Assembly: GCA_040954595.2 (NCBI GenBank)
Contig: CM082576.2
Coordinates: 18,337,028 to 18,401,027 of the forward strand
Length of the DNA stretch: 64,000 nt
Origin: Balanoglossus misakiensis
Lineage: Eukaryota > Animalia > Hemichordata
Direction: 5' to 3'
This document shows, piece after piece, positions 34,582-49,464 of the stretch. Numbering within the stretch: the first letter of the stretch is position 1; every line of letters starts with the position of its first letter. The notes under the pieces are model-generated. The model was given only the letters and a program-made list of their open reading frames with translations, was not told the DNA's origin and made no database searches. The translations under genes were made by a program, and so were the position numbers.

Positions 34582-37500
34582 ATGGCCGAAAAGGACACAC
34601 AGGAATCAGTGCCAACCGCTGATGATCAAGGTAAGCCTGATGAAACAGATCAAATTGTAACAAAAGCAGAGATTCATGAAACTGAAATGGATGAAAATGT
34701 GTATACATTACGCAGATCAGAACGAGTACCCAAGCTTACTGAGAAAGCTAGGGAAGGTAAGTTAATTGATTTGGAGAAGCAGTTCTGGCGTACTCACAAT
34801 CGGTTGTTGTCATTTGTGAAAAACCCTGACATATTCGACAAAGAGTCTGTAGAAAACATATATACTATTTTGAAAGAAATAGAGCGCGAGCGCACTGTTT
34901 TGATTGAAATTCATGATCAGATACGCGCCGTGTCGGACACCCCCTTAGAGGATGTATTGAAAGCCGTCGATCGTTTGAATTTGCGCGTGGATAGTGCCAT
35001 CAATTATGCACAGCGACTGATTGCGCGAGCCGATGCTCATAGCTCGGTTTCATTCGGATCCGTGCCTTCGCATCACACAAAGTCGAGCTCTAGGTCATCC
35101 AAACGATCCAGCTCTTCCAGTACGTCATCAGTACGGAGAAACGCAGCTGTCAGGGCAGCTGCCCTACAGGCGGAAATCGAAGCAAAACATGAAGAGACAG
35201 CACATGAAGAGGAATTGGAACACTTAGAGGCAGAAGAAAAAAGACGACAAGCGGCAGCTGTGGCAGAAGAGAGAAGACGCCAAGAAGAAGCTGAGGCAGA
35301 AATACGTCGTAGGAAAAGAGTGTTAGAAAGACAGAAACTAGTAGGAGAACTGCATGTGGAGAAAGCGAAGATAGCTGCTTGTGAAAGAGAAGAACTACTC
35401 GACAACCTGCCATTAGCGAAGACTGTGTTTCCACCGGTGACGAGCGAGTTACCTATCGTGAAGACCGAACCGATCAGCCAGTCGACACCAGCTGCTCACA
35501 TTCCCACGCGTACTGTAAAAACAGAACCAGTCACCCCGCCGACTACCAAGCCGTCGACGTCGCAACCGAAACCACAAGATTATACACTACGTGCAACAGC
35601 AAATGAATATCGCCCATCGGAGAACAGAGAAGACCTCAAGGTATTGACAGAAGCCTTGGCAACATCTGTGTCCTTGAGCAGACTCGCTACACCCGAACCA
35701 CCAATATTCATGGGAGACCCACTTTCTTATCCAGATTGGATATCGTCTTTCATCACCTTAGTTGAATCACGAGGGGTCCCACCAATCGAAAGAATCCATC
35801 ACCTGAAGAAGTATTTGGGTGGACCTGCTAAGGAAGCAGTCGCCGGATGCTTCTTACTCCGAATTGAAGGAGCATACGAAGAGGCAAGAACCATTCTGGA
35901 AGAACGATACGGTAATTCTTTCGCCGTAACAGAGGCCTTTAGAGAAAAAATTGAAAGATGGCCGAGAATCCCCGGCAAGGACGGGAAGGCATTGCGAAAG
36001 TTCGCAGACTTCTTGAAACAATGCCGGATTGCGATGAAGGATATCCCAGACCTCGCAGTGCTGAACGATATCCACGAAAATAGGAAAATGCTCCAGAAGT
36101 TACCGGACTGGCTCGTAAACAGATGGAGCAGGATCGTAGCAAAAATAAAAAGGGCTACGAACGCATACCCCCCATTCGAAAGATTTGTCTGCTTCATGGA
36201 GGAAGAGGCAGATATTGCATGTGACCCATTGACCTCAATCGGCTCGCTGAGGTCCCCAACGGACAGAGACCCGGAGAAAACTCCGACCAGACCACAGCAA
36301 AACCAGGGGCGGTAAACCAGTCGTGTGTTTTCTGCAAAAAGACTGGGCACGCTATACAGGAATGTTATAGCTTTGCTTCCACGCCTATGTCTGAAAGACA
36401 GGAATTTGTTCGAAAGAGCGGTTACTGCTTCGGATGTCTTAACACGGGGCACATCTCAAAGAACTGCAAATCCCGTGGCGTGTGTAAAAAATGCAGTAGG
36501 AAACATCCCACCAGTCTGCATTCCGACGAAAAAATTGTCCAGCCGAGGATGTTTAATTCGTCCATGAACGAAACCATGAGCACTGTTCAGTCTCCAGTGC
36601 GAGACTACAGAAAAGAAACCACACCCGAAACGAAGAAAGCGGACTGCTATGGTGTGACTTGCCCGCGAGGAAATTCTATTTCGTCGATGATCGTTCCAGT
36701 GTGGATTTCTGGATACGAAGAACCGAACAGAGAGATTCTAGTGTACGCGCTGTTGGACACTCAGTCAGACACTACTTTCGTGTTGGATCATGTCGCTGAA
36801 CAGCTACACACAGCATCTGAGCCAGCAAACCTTCGTATGACAACCATGACAACGAGCAACAAGGTTGTCACCTGTCACAAGTATCGCAAACTCAGAGTTC
36901 GCGGGTTTGACTGTGACAAAATAGTTCCGTTGCCCACTACGTATTCGCTTGATTACATACCAGTGGAAAAATCGCACATACCCACTAGTGATATGGCCAA
37001 TGGGTGGCCTCATCTTAGAGAAATCGCTACTCGTATTCATCCTCAACAGAAATGTGAAGTTGGTCTGTTGATAGGTTATGATTGTCCTCAAGCCCTAGCA
37101 CCTCGTAGCTGTGTCACAGGCAGTGGAAATCAGCCATTCGCAGTAGAGACAGACTTAGGATGGAGCATCGTCGGACATCTTACACATCGAGATGAAAGGG
37201 AAGATGTCTTCAGTTTTACCCATAGAGTACTTACAAAGGTGATACCAGACGGTCTACAACCAGGTGTAGACAGTCAGCAGAGACTTCGTAAGGAAGAGTC
37301 TCATTCGTCGGCAGTTCGTTATGCCTTTAAGACCACAGCCAAGGAGCAAGTCCTCAACCCTTTGGACGTGGTGAGAATTCTCGAATCGGACTTCAACGAA
37401 CAAAGAGTTGAAGAAACTGCCATGTCTCAGGACGACATTCGATTTTTGAAGATCATGGAAAATGGTATTTCGAAAGAACCAGATGGATTCTATACAATGC

Positions 37501-40500
37501 CACTTCCATTCAGACAAGATAGACCAGCGCTCCCAAACAACAGATGTATAGCGCAGCAGAGACTTCAGTACTTGAAAAGGCGCTTCAAGTCAAACCCAAA
37601 GTATCTGAACGACTACAGAAACTTCATGGAAGACATTATCGCGTCAGGAGATGCGGAACTGGTCGACGACAAGAATACACATGATGGATCGATGTGGTAT
37701 ATTCCACACCATGGGGTGTATCACCCTAAAAAACCAGACAAAATTCGTGTCGTGTTCGATTGTAGTGCAAGGTTCAAGGGAACGAGCCTCAACGATCACT
37801 TGTTGCAGGGACCGGATCAGATAAATTCCCTCATCGGTGTACTTTGTCGTTTTCGCAAAGAGAACATCGCAGTCATGTGTGACATCGAGCGAATGTTCCA
37901 CAGATTCAGAGTCAAGAAAGATGACAGAAACTATCTCTGATTCCTTTGGTGGAGAGATGGTAATGTCGACTCGGAACCAGTTACTTACAGGATGAATGTT
38001 CACCTATTTGGCGCTGTGTCCTCGCCAGGATGCGCGAACTACGGACTTCGACAAGTGGCCAAAGACAACCCACAACATGGTAAGAGTGCAGTAGATTTCG
38101 TCGCAAAGAATTTCTATGTTGATGATGGTCTCCATAGTCTCGAGACGGCATCAGAGGCTGTCCAACTTATACAGGATGTTCGCAACCTTTGCGCAGAAGG
38201 AAATTTACGTCTGCACAAGTTCATATCGAATGACAGAACTACGATGGAATCTGTCCCTATTTCAGAGCGTGCCAAGAACGTCAAGGATTTGGATTTGTCG
38301 TTCAGTGAGCTACCTATCGAAAGAGCACTTGGAATCGAGTGGCGCGTTGAGTCAGACTCGTTCCATTTTTCGCCTATCGTCAAGATGCACTCGCCTTCTC
38401 GCCGTGGAATACTTTCGGCAGTAGCATCTGTTTTCGATCCTCTCGGATTTCTCGCACCTTTCGTACTTCGAGGAAAACGGATCTTGCAAGAGATGTGCAA
38501 GAAAGGAACCGATTGGGATGATCCCTTGCCAGACGATTTACGTCCGAGGTGGGAATCATGGCTTGCTGAGTTGCCCAAGCTAGACGACTTGAAGATAAGA
38601 AGGTGCTTCAAGCCGCAACATTTCGGACCAGTGAAGAAAGTTGAGCTTCACCACTTCTCGGATGCCAGCCTGACAGGTTATGGGCAGTGTTCGTATATCA
38701 GACTAGTCGACAGTCTAGATAATATTCATTGTTCGCTCGTGATGGGAAAGGCTAGAGTCGCCCCTTTGAAACCCATTACTGTTCCTCGATTGGAACTTCA
38801 AGCTGCTGTTGTCTCTATACAGGTCAGCAATCTACTGAACAAAGAGTTAGATTACCCAGTGATGGAGAACTTCTACTGGACAGACTCGAAAGTGGTACTC
38901 GGCTACATAGGAAATGATGCTCGCCGCTTCCACATATATGTCGCGAATCGCATACAAAGAATTAAAGAATCATCTCAGCCAGAGCAGTGGCGCTATGTCC
39001 ACACTGAGGAGAACCCTGCAGATCATGCATCTCGTGGACTCGGCGTTGATGGACTGATGAAGTCCAATTGGTTTAGAGGTCCTGCCTTTTTGTGGGACAA
39101 AGAGCTTCCTCTGTCCACTCGGGTAGGCGCACAGGTGTCAGCAGATGACCCCGAGGTAAAGAATACCAGAACATTGATGACTTCCTCGACTGCAACGTCA
39201 TCCATGTTACATCGTGTAGAGCGATTTTCGGATTGGAACAAGGTTGTAGGAGCATTCGCCACCTTGTATCGCTATGTATCCGGGAAGGGAAAGCGAAAGG
39301 AAATCGCTTCCGGAGAAACAAGACAGAAAGCTACCATGGCCATCGTGGCATGGGCCCAACAGGAAGCTTTCAAAGAAGAAATAGAGTCATTGAAATGTCG
39401 CACCTCAGAAGACAGTGAACCCTCAATGGTGAAACGTAACAGTCACCTGTACCCATTGAACCCATACCTAGATGATCAGCAGATACTCAGAGTTGGAGGC
39501 AGACTGAGTAGATCCTCCATGCCTGACTATGTCAAGCACCCTATTATTCTACCTCGAAAGAGTCACGTGACTACACTGCTTATCAGATGGTGTCATGAGC
39601 AAGTGGCCCACCAGGGACGTGGTATTACAGTGAACAAACTCAGATCGTGTGGATTCTGGATCATCAACTGCAACGCAGCAGTCGCTTCGTATATACACAA
39701 GTGTGTTCAGTGTAGGAAACTCAGAGGCAAGGCCAACACACAGAGAATGGCAGATTTGCCCAAAGATCGTCTCGAGCCATCGCCGCCATTTACCTATTGT
39801 GGAATGGACTGCTTTGGACCTTTCGTCGTGAAGGAACGCCGCAGTGATGTGAAACGATATGGTGTCATTTTCACTTGCCTAGCGCTTCGAGCCATACACA
39901 TAGAGGTTGTCGAAGAAATGTCAACCGATGCATTTCTGAATTCGCTTCGCACATTCATCGCTATCAGAGGACCCGTACGACACTTGCGTTGTGATCGGGG
40001 ATCCAATTTCGTAGGAGCCAGGAATGAGCTTCAGCTTGGATTGCAAGCTCTCGACGAAGGAAGAATTAAAGATGTGTTGTCCAAACGACAGTGTGAATTT
40101 GTTTTCAATTCACCCTCCTCGAGTCATATGGGAGGCGTTTGGGAACGTCAAATACGGTCGGTCAGAAACGTTCTCGCAGGAATTTTGGAAAAGATGGGAT
40201 CCAGATTGAACACTTCGTCTCTTCGTACTCTGATGTACGAAGCAATGGCGATCGTGAATAGTCGACCCTTATCAGCAGAAAACTTGAACGACCCTACTGG
40301 ACCGATGCCTCTTACTCCAAATCAGCTGCTGACTATGAAATCGGATGTGATTTTGCCACCGCCAGGCAACTTCGTCAGAGAAGATCTGTATGCCAGGAAA
40401 CAATGGCGTGCTGTTCAGTATCTTGCGAACGAGTTCTGGACAAGATGGCGTAAGGAATACTTACAGAATCTACAGGCCAGACAGAAGTGGCAGGAAACAA

Positions 40501-40760
40501 AGAGAAACCTTGAAGTTGGAGATATTGTACTTCTGAAGGAAGATGACACTGTGAGAAATCAGTGGAGACTTGCAAAAGTAATAGACACTTTGCGCGATGA
40601 TGATTGTTTGATACGCAGAGTCACTATCCTTGTGGGTGATCCCAACCTCTCGAAACAAGGACAAGGTAAGAAAGTAGACAAGGCAACAATTTTAGAAAGG
40701 CCTATTCATAAGCTTGTTTTATTGGTAGAAAATCCCGAAGCAGAAAAAATGCTAAGGTAA
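34582..40760 (+). pseudogene. BEL/Pao Gag-Pol (gag, CCHC knuckles, aspartic protease, RT, RNase H, integrase) with a frameshift near 36300 and a stop at 37938
   Basis: CVFCKKTGH and CFGCLNTGH knuckles; ALLDTQSD; WYIPHHGVYHPKKPDKIRVVFDCSA; FYVDD; LHHFSDAS; ENPADHASRG; integrase H-H-C-C, DCFGP, CDRGSNF and GGVWERQIR. Confidence 0.93.
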
Positions 40761-40865
40761 GTTGTTCTCAGCGACACAGGGGAGAGCTGAGAAATAGCTT
40801 GGACGTATCTGGTAGTTGTTTTCAGTGTTTCGATTAGGTAAAATCAATGTGATTTTAGGGGGGAG

Positions 40866-41777
40866 TGTGGCTGAAGCCATGCAAAAACAAAGGAATTTCG
40901 TATTTTTTTAATTATGAGGGATATGCACGAACAGTTTGTTGCTTTGAAACCTTACTCCATAAAAATAGTTCCCTTTTTGTTACGAGTTTCGATATTGTAG
41001 ACTTTTAATTTTCACAGAGAAAGATGTTGTGACTTTATGTGTACCTTTGAAGGTCATTGTGAACACATCGACAAACCATATTTCGCCCAAAAGTTTTACA
41101 AGTAGTCCATCTACGATTGTCATATCACTACACATTTTTTCCTCGTGTTTTCGACTTCGCTATGGGACGGTGAAGTACACTCTCGTCTCTCGTTTCGCAC
41201 CCTTCGATATTTCGTTCGTATTTCGAAACTTCCCGACCACAAGGCTTTACAAGTCGCCAGCGAGGTAATATATCTTTCGGTATTCTTACAGATATGAATT
41301 GTATTTCGTGAAACTTTATTGTAATTAGACTTTGACGAGTTGTCTGCATCTTGTACATCAGTCACGTACATCGAACTGTGTTGCTTGCACATATCTGTTT
41401 TCGATTGAAATCATTCTCGATTTTTGTATATGTAATTCTTTCGATTTGACATTTTTGTATTTGTATTTATGTTTCAGTTTTTACGGTCTTGGTCTATTCG
41501 AGACAAGGTCTATTACGGTCTAAGACTATTCGGTTTACTCGGTCTTTTCGTACCACGGTTTATTCGGTCTATTCGAATCAGTCTCGGTCATTCTCGAGGT
41601 CTATTTGGCCTATTCGCATCGAGGTCTGCGCACATCTCGTCTTTCGACTATTGTGTACAGTCTCGTACGGTCGCTTTCGGCGATCGCTCGATCGATTCAT
41701 CGATAATAAACCGAAGACCCGTATATGGAAACTCGACTCTGACTTTTGAATATTACGGAAAAGCTTTGGCGGTCACA
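40866..41777 (+). repeat. 3' LTR of BEL/Pao element (912 bp)
   Basis: Visible differences from the 5' LTR are one extra T in a run and absence of a 10-bp duplication (GTCTTTCGAA). Confidence 0.95.
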
Positions 41778-41865
41778 ATATATCCACATGTAGAATAATA
41801 TAAATGGTGTCTTGTATCAAATATAATTAATGGAAAAAGGGCAGCGACACAGAGACTTTGTCCCT
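41778..41865. mobile_element. Right arm of a Kolobok-type MITE (same family as 62827-63175) that was the BEL target
   Basis: GTTGAAC..TCACTATATA|TCCACATGTAGAATAA...GACTTTGTCCCT-TTAA matches 63070-63179 once the BEL element is removed. Confidence 0.8.
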
Positions 41866-43215
41866 TTAACCGCACATTTTCCCTGCTGCTTGCTAGTTCA
41901 GGGTCCCGTTTTACCACTGCCAGGAGTGGTAAAACAGTATTTTACCATAGCTCTCGTCCAATCAGAATCGCGGACGGTAGCATGATATAATATAATATAA
42001 TATATATATAAATATATAATATAATTAGGGGTTATCCTCGTGATGTCCGTATTTTGACTCGTTTTACGAAGCGCAACTCGGCAAAATACGGACATCACTT
42101 GAATACGACGCGTTATCGACCAAAATCCGTGTAATAACCCCTTTATCATACATGCTTTGACTGTTTGCATTTGGAATCGCCGAAATAAGCAGCAAAAACG
42201 ATAGAAATCTATAATTTCCCATTCGTTTTATTGGCGTAATCATACTGATATGATTGAGTTGTGAGTTGACGTCGACCGTATCACCTAGTGATATCAGCCC
42301 TCGTAAGGGCTATACCATTAATTTAGAGGGGTTCAATTGGGAATTTAACACTGAGAGTTTTTATCATTGAACTGTCTTTGTAGATTTCAAAACACTGTTG
42401 TGTTTTATTCATAGTGTGTGTATACGACCAGTAGACTCAGATATTAGCTTTGAAAGAAAATCATGTCTAATATTCGAAAGTAGAAACATGGACGACCCTT
42501 CAGAGTAATCTTGCGGTCCATAGAGCGTCTGTGCTGCATGACCTGCTTTCCAGTGATCAGCTGTTTTTTCAGCGCGAAAAATGCAGTTAATTTGGACTCG
42601 ATCATTCCCATGCATCTACAAATGCAATCTGGATATTTTAGCAGTTTAGGAAAGTTTTCAAGTGAGAAGATGAAAGATAGGGTAGACAGGACAAGAAGTG
42701 AGTACAGTGTATATAGTGATAACTTGATTTATTGGCAATGTCTTGAAGCAATTTTATGAAATTTATAATAAACATTCAAAATGTATTAAATGGTATTTTT
42801 GTTTTCATTTTTAAAATGGTTAGGGCCTGGTCAGAATTAACAGGGGGGGGGGGGGGGGGGAGGCCGGTGGATTCAAAATCTGCATGCATGAAAAATACTG
42901 ACCCTCCACCGATTTCTTGCACAAAAAATGCTGACCCTCCCCCTTCTCCATGAACAAAATCAAGTGACCCTCCCCACAATATCTGATGATTCATTCTGAT
43001 TTGTACAATCAGAGATTACTCAGTCAAACCAGGCAATGTTCACATGTGTACAGAAAATTGTAGACCACTATTAAATACACCTCAGTTAGTTATTTGCTTG
43101 TTTCCTCCAAAGTGTGACATTTGCAATACATGAATACTTTGATTCCTATGGCTTTTAAATATTGATTTTGAAATTTCCACTCTCGTTCTTCAACGTACTT
43201 TTCCTAGATAAATAG

Positions 43216-46200
43216 TTATATGTACTTCATATCATTGTTAGTATCTAAAACAGAAAAAGTTATTAAATGGACAACCTCGATGATACAAATCATGGAGAAT
43301 TGTGGGTAAAATATCGTACTGTGCTCCCCTTCCCTTAAGAAATTATTTACAGTCTTCAATCCCAAAAAAAACTGTCTTCTCCAGTAGGCTGTTGTCCTCC
43401 TTCCATAACGACTGAGCAGCACAGGTTGTTCAGGTTGTTCTGTGTCACTGTCTGAGGATTCTCCAATTTCAGCGAGCACCATATCATCTTCTGTGTCAAT
43501 ATCAGAATCAGTACCATCATGCGTCTCCGAGTCATCCTCTCCATCTGACTCTTCATCAGCTGGCTCTTCGTCTCTTGTCACACTAGTTTTGTCCCCTTGC
43601 AAGAAAACCTGTGATATACTTGCATTAATGAGTCTTACTTTCTCCATTTTTTTTCATTCTTTTGATGTCTCCTAGATTTTTTGCTACAATGTACTTGTCC
43701 AGCACAGCCACTTTCTGCTTTTGTATTTGGCCACTTTCATACAGATTTAGCCAGTCAATATCTACATAGTCCTTCTGAAGCTCTTCTCTTGTCTGTTGTA
43801 TGTTTTGATTCTTTCGTTTTTCTTGCATTTCCTTCAGATGTTGGAGATGCTCTATGTATCTCCGTACAAGCGGCTCCTTCACTATGAACTTTTCTGAGAA
43901 CTCTTTCACTTTCTCATTCTTGTCATTTGAAAATTTCTCCTGACTCAATAAAATATAGAAAATAAGGCAATAACATAGGTTAATTTAACTCTAAAATAAT
44001 GCATGCATAGGAATTAGCCTGACAAGATGGCCAACCTGATATGGCTTTTGCACTATTCAGTCAAGTATAAGAAAACACATTGATAAACTATGGTCACAGG
44101 TGTATTTTGAACCTAACATACCTGCTGCAAATTGCCGTTTAAGCTGTACCCTTGGATGAAAATCATCAATTTCTCTGACATTATCATCATCTGTTATTAA
44201 TGGTGTAGTGCACGGATCCAAATAGTGAAAGTCTGGTAGCCTGTGTTTGTCTGGCATTGGGCAAGGGATTCTTTGAAGGTCAGGGTCAAATCCTCCTTGA
44301 GCACAGTATTCACATACTTTGCCTGAAAAAATACAACATTGTGAGCACAGACTCACACACAAGGGATCATACCAGCATTTGGTGACATTCACAATCATCA
44401 TTCAATGAATAGTATTTATATGATGCACTAAAACTGTCTATGCATACTTGGACACAGACTATTGAGTGAACACAGGAAATATCATTGAGTAAACATTGAA
44501 TCAATAAATATTGAATTTCACTGTATGAAATGTAACTCAATATAATGTGAAATGCCATATATTGCTACAGAACAGGTAATTTCTGTACTGAGGTAAACTC
44601 AGAATGCAAACATTCAATTGACAATAATCTCGCAAAATTTCAGTAACCTATTAACACAAAAACATTTTTAATGATTGTTTTTCAAAACAGTCAAGAATTT
44701 ACAATATTACTAATTAAAAAAATATGAATGTAAATATGAAATACTCTACCAGTAGACTGTAAACAGCTCCCCTTCAAGTACTCCAAGAACATTTCACCAA
44801 CATAAAAGTGGTCCTGCATAAACTGTTCTAGACGATGAAAATAACCATGACCAGGTAATTCCATTTTTTTTAAATGTGAACTAGTCGATGCACAGGCTGA
44901 CAGGTACTTGGTGTTGAAAAAGAACTGGTTGTCTGGAAGAAAATGGACATGCAGAAATGTCATGTACAGCAGTATTACATTTGCCACTTTTCTGAGTTTT
45001 TTTTCTTCAAATATATATCATGTGTGCAACAGCTTTACCTAAGGAAGTTGAACAAAGCAGAGGTAAACATGGAATTAGTTTAGTTTATAATCCCAAAAGA
45101 AGTGAACATTTGAGTCCATGGAATGGGTGCAGCATTAAAAGACATTCTAGTATTTATCAAGAATTAACACTACACCTTTTCTAGCAGTGATGTATCTCTT
45201 CATGTAATCACCAGCTGGCCCTGGTTCATCATCTATCCTCATCTGTACCTCTTTAGACACATGCCATACATTTTTCTCCATGCAAGTTTTCTCCAGTTCT
45301 TTTGTCTGGTCAATTGTTAGGCTGTTTTTTCATCCCTTGTCATGTTCTCATAGGGTTAATGATAATCCCACTTCAGGGCCGTTCCATCAACAAGAGCTTC
45401 TCCTATGTTTCAAGAGAAATACAAAATAATTAAGAGCCTGATATAAAAAGACAGTGAATAAGGCCTATAGGCCTATATGCAAATGAATACGCTACAGAAT
45501 AGTATTCCACAACAGGTGAAAACCGGATTTCAAATATGCACCACGGTACAAACAAACCAATGTGTTGAAAAACGTCCACAGAAATGCATGTACTCCTATG
45601 TATGCACTCACAAACGCGTATTTCTTTGTACTGTTATCACATGACTTCTTGCGCATATGTTTTCAATGGAACACTACAGTAGTCTGTGCACAACATTTTA
45701 ATTCCGGAGTAGCCCTACTGCTTACCTATTGCAGCATTTGATCTTTCTGCCTCATTTTGACCAGAATCCCCAGGTGCTCTGTGTAGTCGTATCATGCGGT
45801 CAGTTCCATGAATTCATATAAGTTCAGCATCTCTATATCTCACTTCCACATTGCTGACACCAACACCTGGTCCTGCATCAGTCGTCTTGAGAATATTGCC
45901 ATACATAGGTGCTTGAACAAAAGAGAGCTTCTGTATGATAATATCACATATGTCAATCAAGCCAGTCAAACCAACAAAAAGGGCATCTTTGTTAATGGTC
46001 CTGAAAAGTAAAAGATAACAAATAAGATAAGCATTCAAAAGTGACTAAAAGCGATAGTTCCATTTTTCCAAAAGGGGAAATCTGACAGTAATGTTTTGCT
46101 GTGATATTCAACATCAGGGTTCGATAACAGAGCCAATGACTGAACTCATTAAATAATTTTACAAATGCACCTTATTTCTCCCAGCAGTGACTCTGCATTT

Positions 46201-49200
46201 TGGATAAGCTGTTTCACTGGCTCTAGCAAATCTGATGAACTCTCCTCCTGTCTTCTTTTCAGATATTCATCCAATCTTGTCCATGCCTGCTCCAAATGAT
46301 GATGCAACCAAGCCAGCCTGTCACCTTCATATTTGCGAAATACACATTTTGATCAGTTGTCACACATTCAACATCTTCTTGTACAGTTGTATCTATAAAC
46401 AAAAGTAGTTATAAAGCATGAATTGAACTGCATAACTAAAGGATGGATAATCACCAACAGGATTGTCCTCTTTAGCTGACAAAGGGGACTATGGTACAAT
46501 AAAATGCATTAATTAAAGGGACATTAGATGTAACTTTGGCTATTTTTTTCAGTATTTTGGATCTGTGTATATCAGCTTTACGTTTCCCTAGATCATGCTG
46601 AAATGCCTAGTATTCTCACTCTCAACATAACCTGTATATGTGAAATGACACTGTTATTGTTGACAAATGAATTCTAGTCTGGATTAGAATACAATTTACA
46701 ACAATAACAATGGTAATTATATTCATATAGGTTGTGTTGAGAATCTATACACTGGGTATTTGATCATGATTCAGGGATCCAGCGTAGTTGAAAAACACAA
46801 CAAAAATACTGAAAAAAACTTTTGTTTTGACTTGTCCTGCCTACTTGTTTCAAAAACTATTTATTTTTGCAAAAAAACAAGACTTGGGGTATTTAATAAT
46901 AATTGCTTCAGTGGCAGAGCAAACCTACCTTTAAAGTGGAAGACTGTATCATGGACTTGTGCATAGAAAATCTTCAAAGCCTGGTTATTTGAAGAATGTC
47001 CTTGTTGCTTCTCAAAAAGCTCAGGCTCTTCTCTCCTACAAACCAAAATGTATGGAAGTAGCTCCACACTTAGTATTTGTAAGGCAGGATATGTATCTGT
47101 ATCAACTATACAAAACTCAAAATTTAATCATACTTTGGTATTGTTAGAATGTTACCTTAACATCAAGTAGTCAGAGGCCCAGACACTTCCACTGCTCCCA
47201 ATGAAATGTTTAGGTCGAATCACCACCACAGTTTGATCCTTTTAATTGACAAGTTCTTTATTTCCTTATAAGGGAATAAGAAAATTAGGAGATAATGTAA
47301 AAAGGTCTCATAAAGACAGGTTGATTCTGATTGGTCAATTCCTATATTAAATTACTCATTTCCCAAGTGTACAAGAAGTACATATGTGAACAATGTTTTG
47401 GATTTTTATATTTGGCAATTTAGATATCTGTACTAAGTATATTCAGCAAACTAGTGCATTAATCACACTTACCTTCAACAGTTACAGTTTTGGCAGAGAT
47501 GAAGCGGAATGAGGTCGGAGTGACATGTACTTCAGGCGTACTAAAATCATGTTGAGGGAGTTTGTTCTGTTTTTCCGGGTTTGTAACATCATAGATTACA
47601 CCTTTCTTAACATCTCTTGCTCCAACTATTAAACCAAAACAGAAGACAAAAACTGATTACATTTCATGTCACACAGCTTCATGCTTTCCAATGATATATA
47701 GTTCATATGGGTTTTTCACTATTTGAAAGAAGAGACTGTTTGGAAAGGGACTGTTTCTTGTCCTGGGCCCTTAATCCATGAATCAACAAAATTTTACTCA
47801 CCATCAGTTCCTGGTCTTAGGTAAGCTTTATCATCCATACTGATCATAAGGCTGTTTGACCATTCCGAATCGCTAAACATATTAAATTTAGCATTCTTCA
47901 CATGTGCCCTCTGATGATGAGTGGACTCCGTTGAATGTAGCTCAGTCTTTGGTGGCTTTCTGGCACAAAACAAGGACTTCCCCATGTGTGCTTTTGCCTG
48001 TATGGATCGTACATTTCGAGGACAGCCTCTATTAAGAACTGTTGTTGCTGATTTGATTAATTTCTTTCCCCTTTGGAGCAGCATGTAATTCGCTAGGGAC
48101 AGAAAATTTCTCTTCTTAACACGGTGGTGAGAGTAAAGTGTAATATTATGTCTTCGCCCATGTGCTGTACTTTTTTCTTCAACAGCTTTTGCGATGAAAA
48201 GTTCATCCTCTGTATCTAGAAGGCGAGGTGCACCTCCTCCAAGCTTTCTACGCTTTACCCGATTTTCTTCCAGCAATGTTTGAACGATCCGCTTCTTAGA
48301 TTGCAGGGCTCGTCTCCTACTACTTTTATCTTCTGGAGTTAACAATAATGCTAATTCCCGCTTTCGTTTTTCTAAGCAATCTCTCTCTGCACATAGATCA
48401 CTTCTTCTTTTATCAGACAAACTACAACTGTCTAGTCTGGCATCAACATCTTCTATTTGCTGTACTATTTTGTTAATCTTTTCCTTCACCCTACGAACAA
48501 GGACATCTTGGGCTGCTTCAGTGGCATTTTTGAATTCTTCTGCAGAAACTAACACTTTGGAAAGAAACTGTACAGCTCTGTTTGGTTTTACTCCAAGCAT
48601 TTGCATGTCATTTCTTGAGTTTGATGCAAAAAGAACAGCTTTCACAACAGATTTATCATACTCTGTGTCCATGGTTGCAATGATATCATGCAGGGATTCG
48701 ATTGTCAAAGGAAATCTTGCAGTATCTTTGCGATCTGTAGCATGTTCTAGTTCTACGAACAAATCAGTAAAGCTAACAAAACTGTTATTGAGTATGATAT
48801 ATCTACACCCTGCCAGTGTGACAACTGTTACATTGAGTACGTGGTCAGGATGTAGCAGTTGGTCACGGAATTCATGTTCAGTTGGCTGAGTTTCAAAAAA
48901 TCCGCAATACAGTCCATAGGCATCTTTGAAGGGTAAATACCCTTTCACCTTTCCATCAAAATCACTTCTCACCATCAATTGGTGTACAACATACAGCAGG
49001 CCTTGGACGATTTTCTGTTTTTCGGGCGCTTTTCTGTGCACGTCCAAGAGTGCCTCGAGCTTCTCCTCACATTGTTCCGGTTTACACGTTTGTTGTGATA
49101 CACGTTCGTACCCGCCACCAACCTTGGACTGCTTCCGCGAGGCACTTCTCCTCTCCGAAAATGTCAACTTGACGCGATCTTTCTCGCTTTCTTTAGAAGA

Positions 49201-49224
49201 CGGACCGAGAGCGACATCAGCCAT
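43216..49224 (-). pseudogene. Multi-exon Zator-like DDE transposase with long N-terminal extension and acidic C-terminus
   Basis: Exon 1 49224-47802 (AHGRR..SMDDKAYLRPG); exon 2 47625-47473 (LPQHDF); a later exon gives TDAGPG..RAPGDSGQNEAERS. TGA near 45814 and a homopolymer frameshift near 43650. The 3' end is approximate. Confidence 0.75.
46517..46929. mobile_element. Degenerate palindromic TTAA-flanked MITE in a Zator intron; a related copy starts near 63908
   Basis: Imperfect palindrome centred on GAATTCTAGTCTGGATTAGAAT (~46680); TGTTGACAAATGAATTCTAGTC recurs on the opposite strand near 63968-63989. Confidence 0.45.
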
Positions 49225-49464
49225 TTTGATTTTGAACAGTAAAAAGGTCACATGTGTATTTATCGCGGGAATTTATCGCGCGCTTGGTACATTCACACCA
49301 AAGGTGGCATTTTTGCATTAAAATCAGTATTATGTGATTTTTTATCACTGAAATGTAATTTAATTTTCGTTTTGTGAAATATTTTTTTAAAATCTTGAGC
49401 TTTCGGAAAAGAGGTGAACTTCCCATCATAACATTCTACACACGTGTACCTCCATAGTGTCATC

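Larger units (their letters stand above)
32971..41777 (+). mobile_element. Full-length BEL/Pao LTR retrotransposon (8.8 kb)
   Basis: LTRs 32971-33891 and 40866-41777 (TG..CA); 5-bp TSD ATATA; G-rich PPT before the 3' LTR; gag-PR-RT-RH-IN order. Confidence 0.95.
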
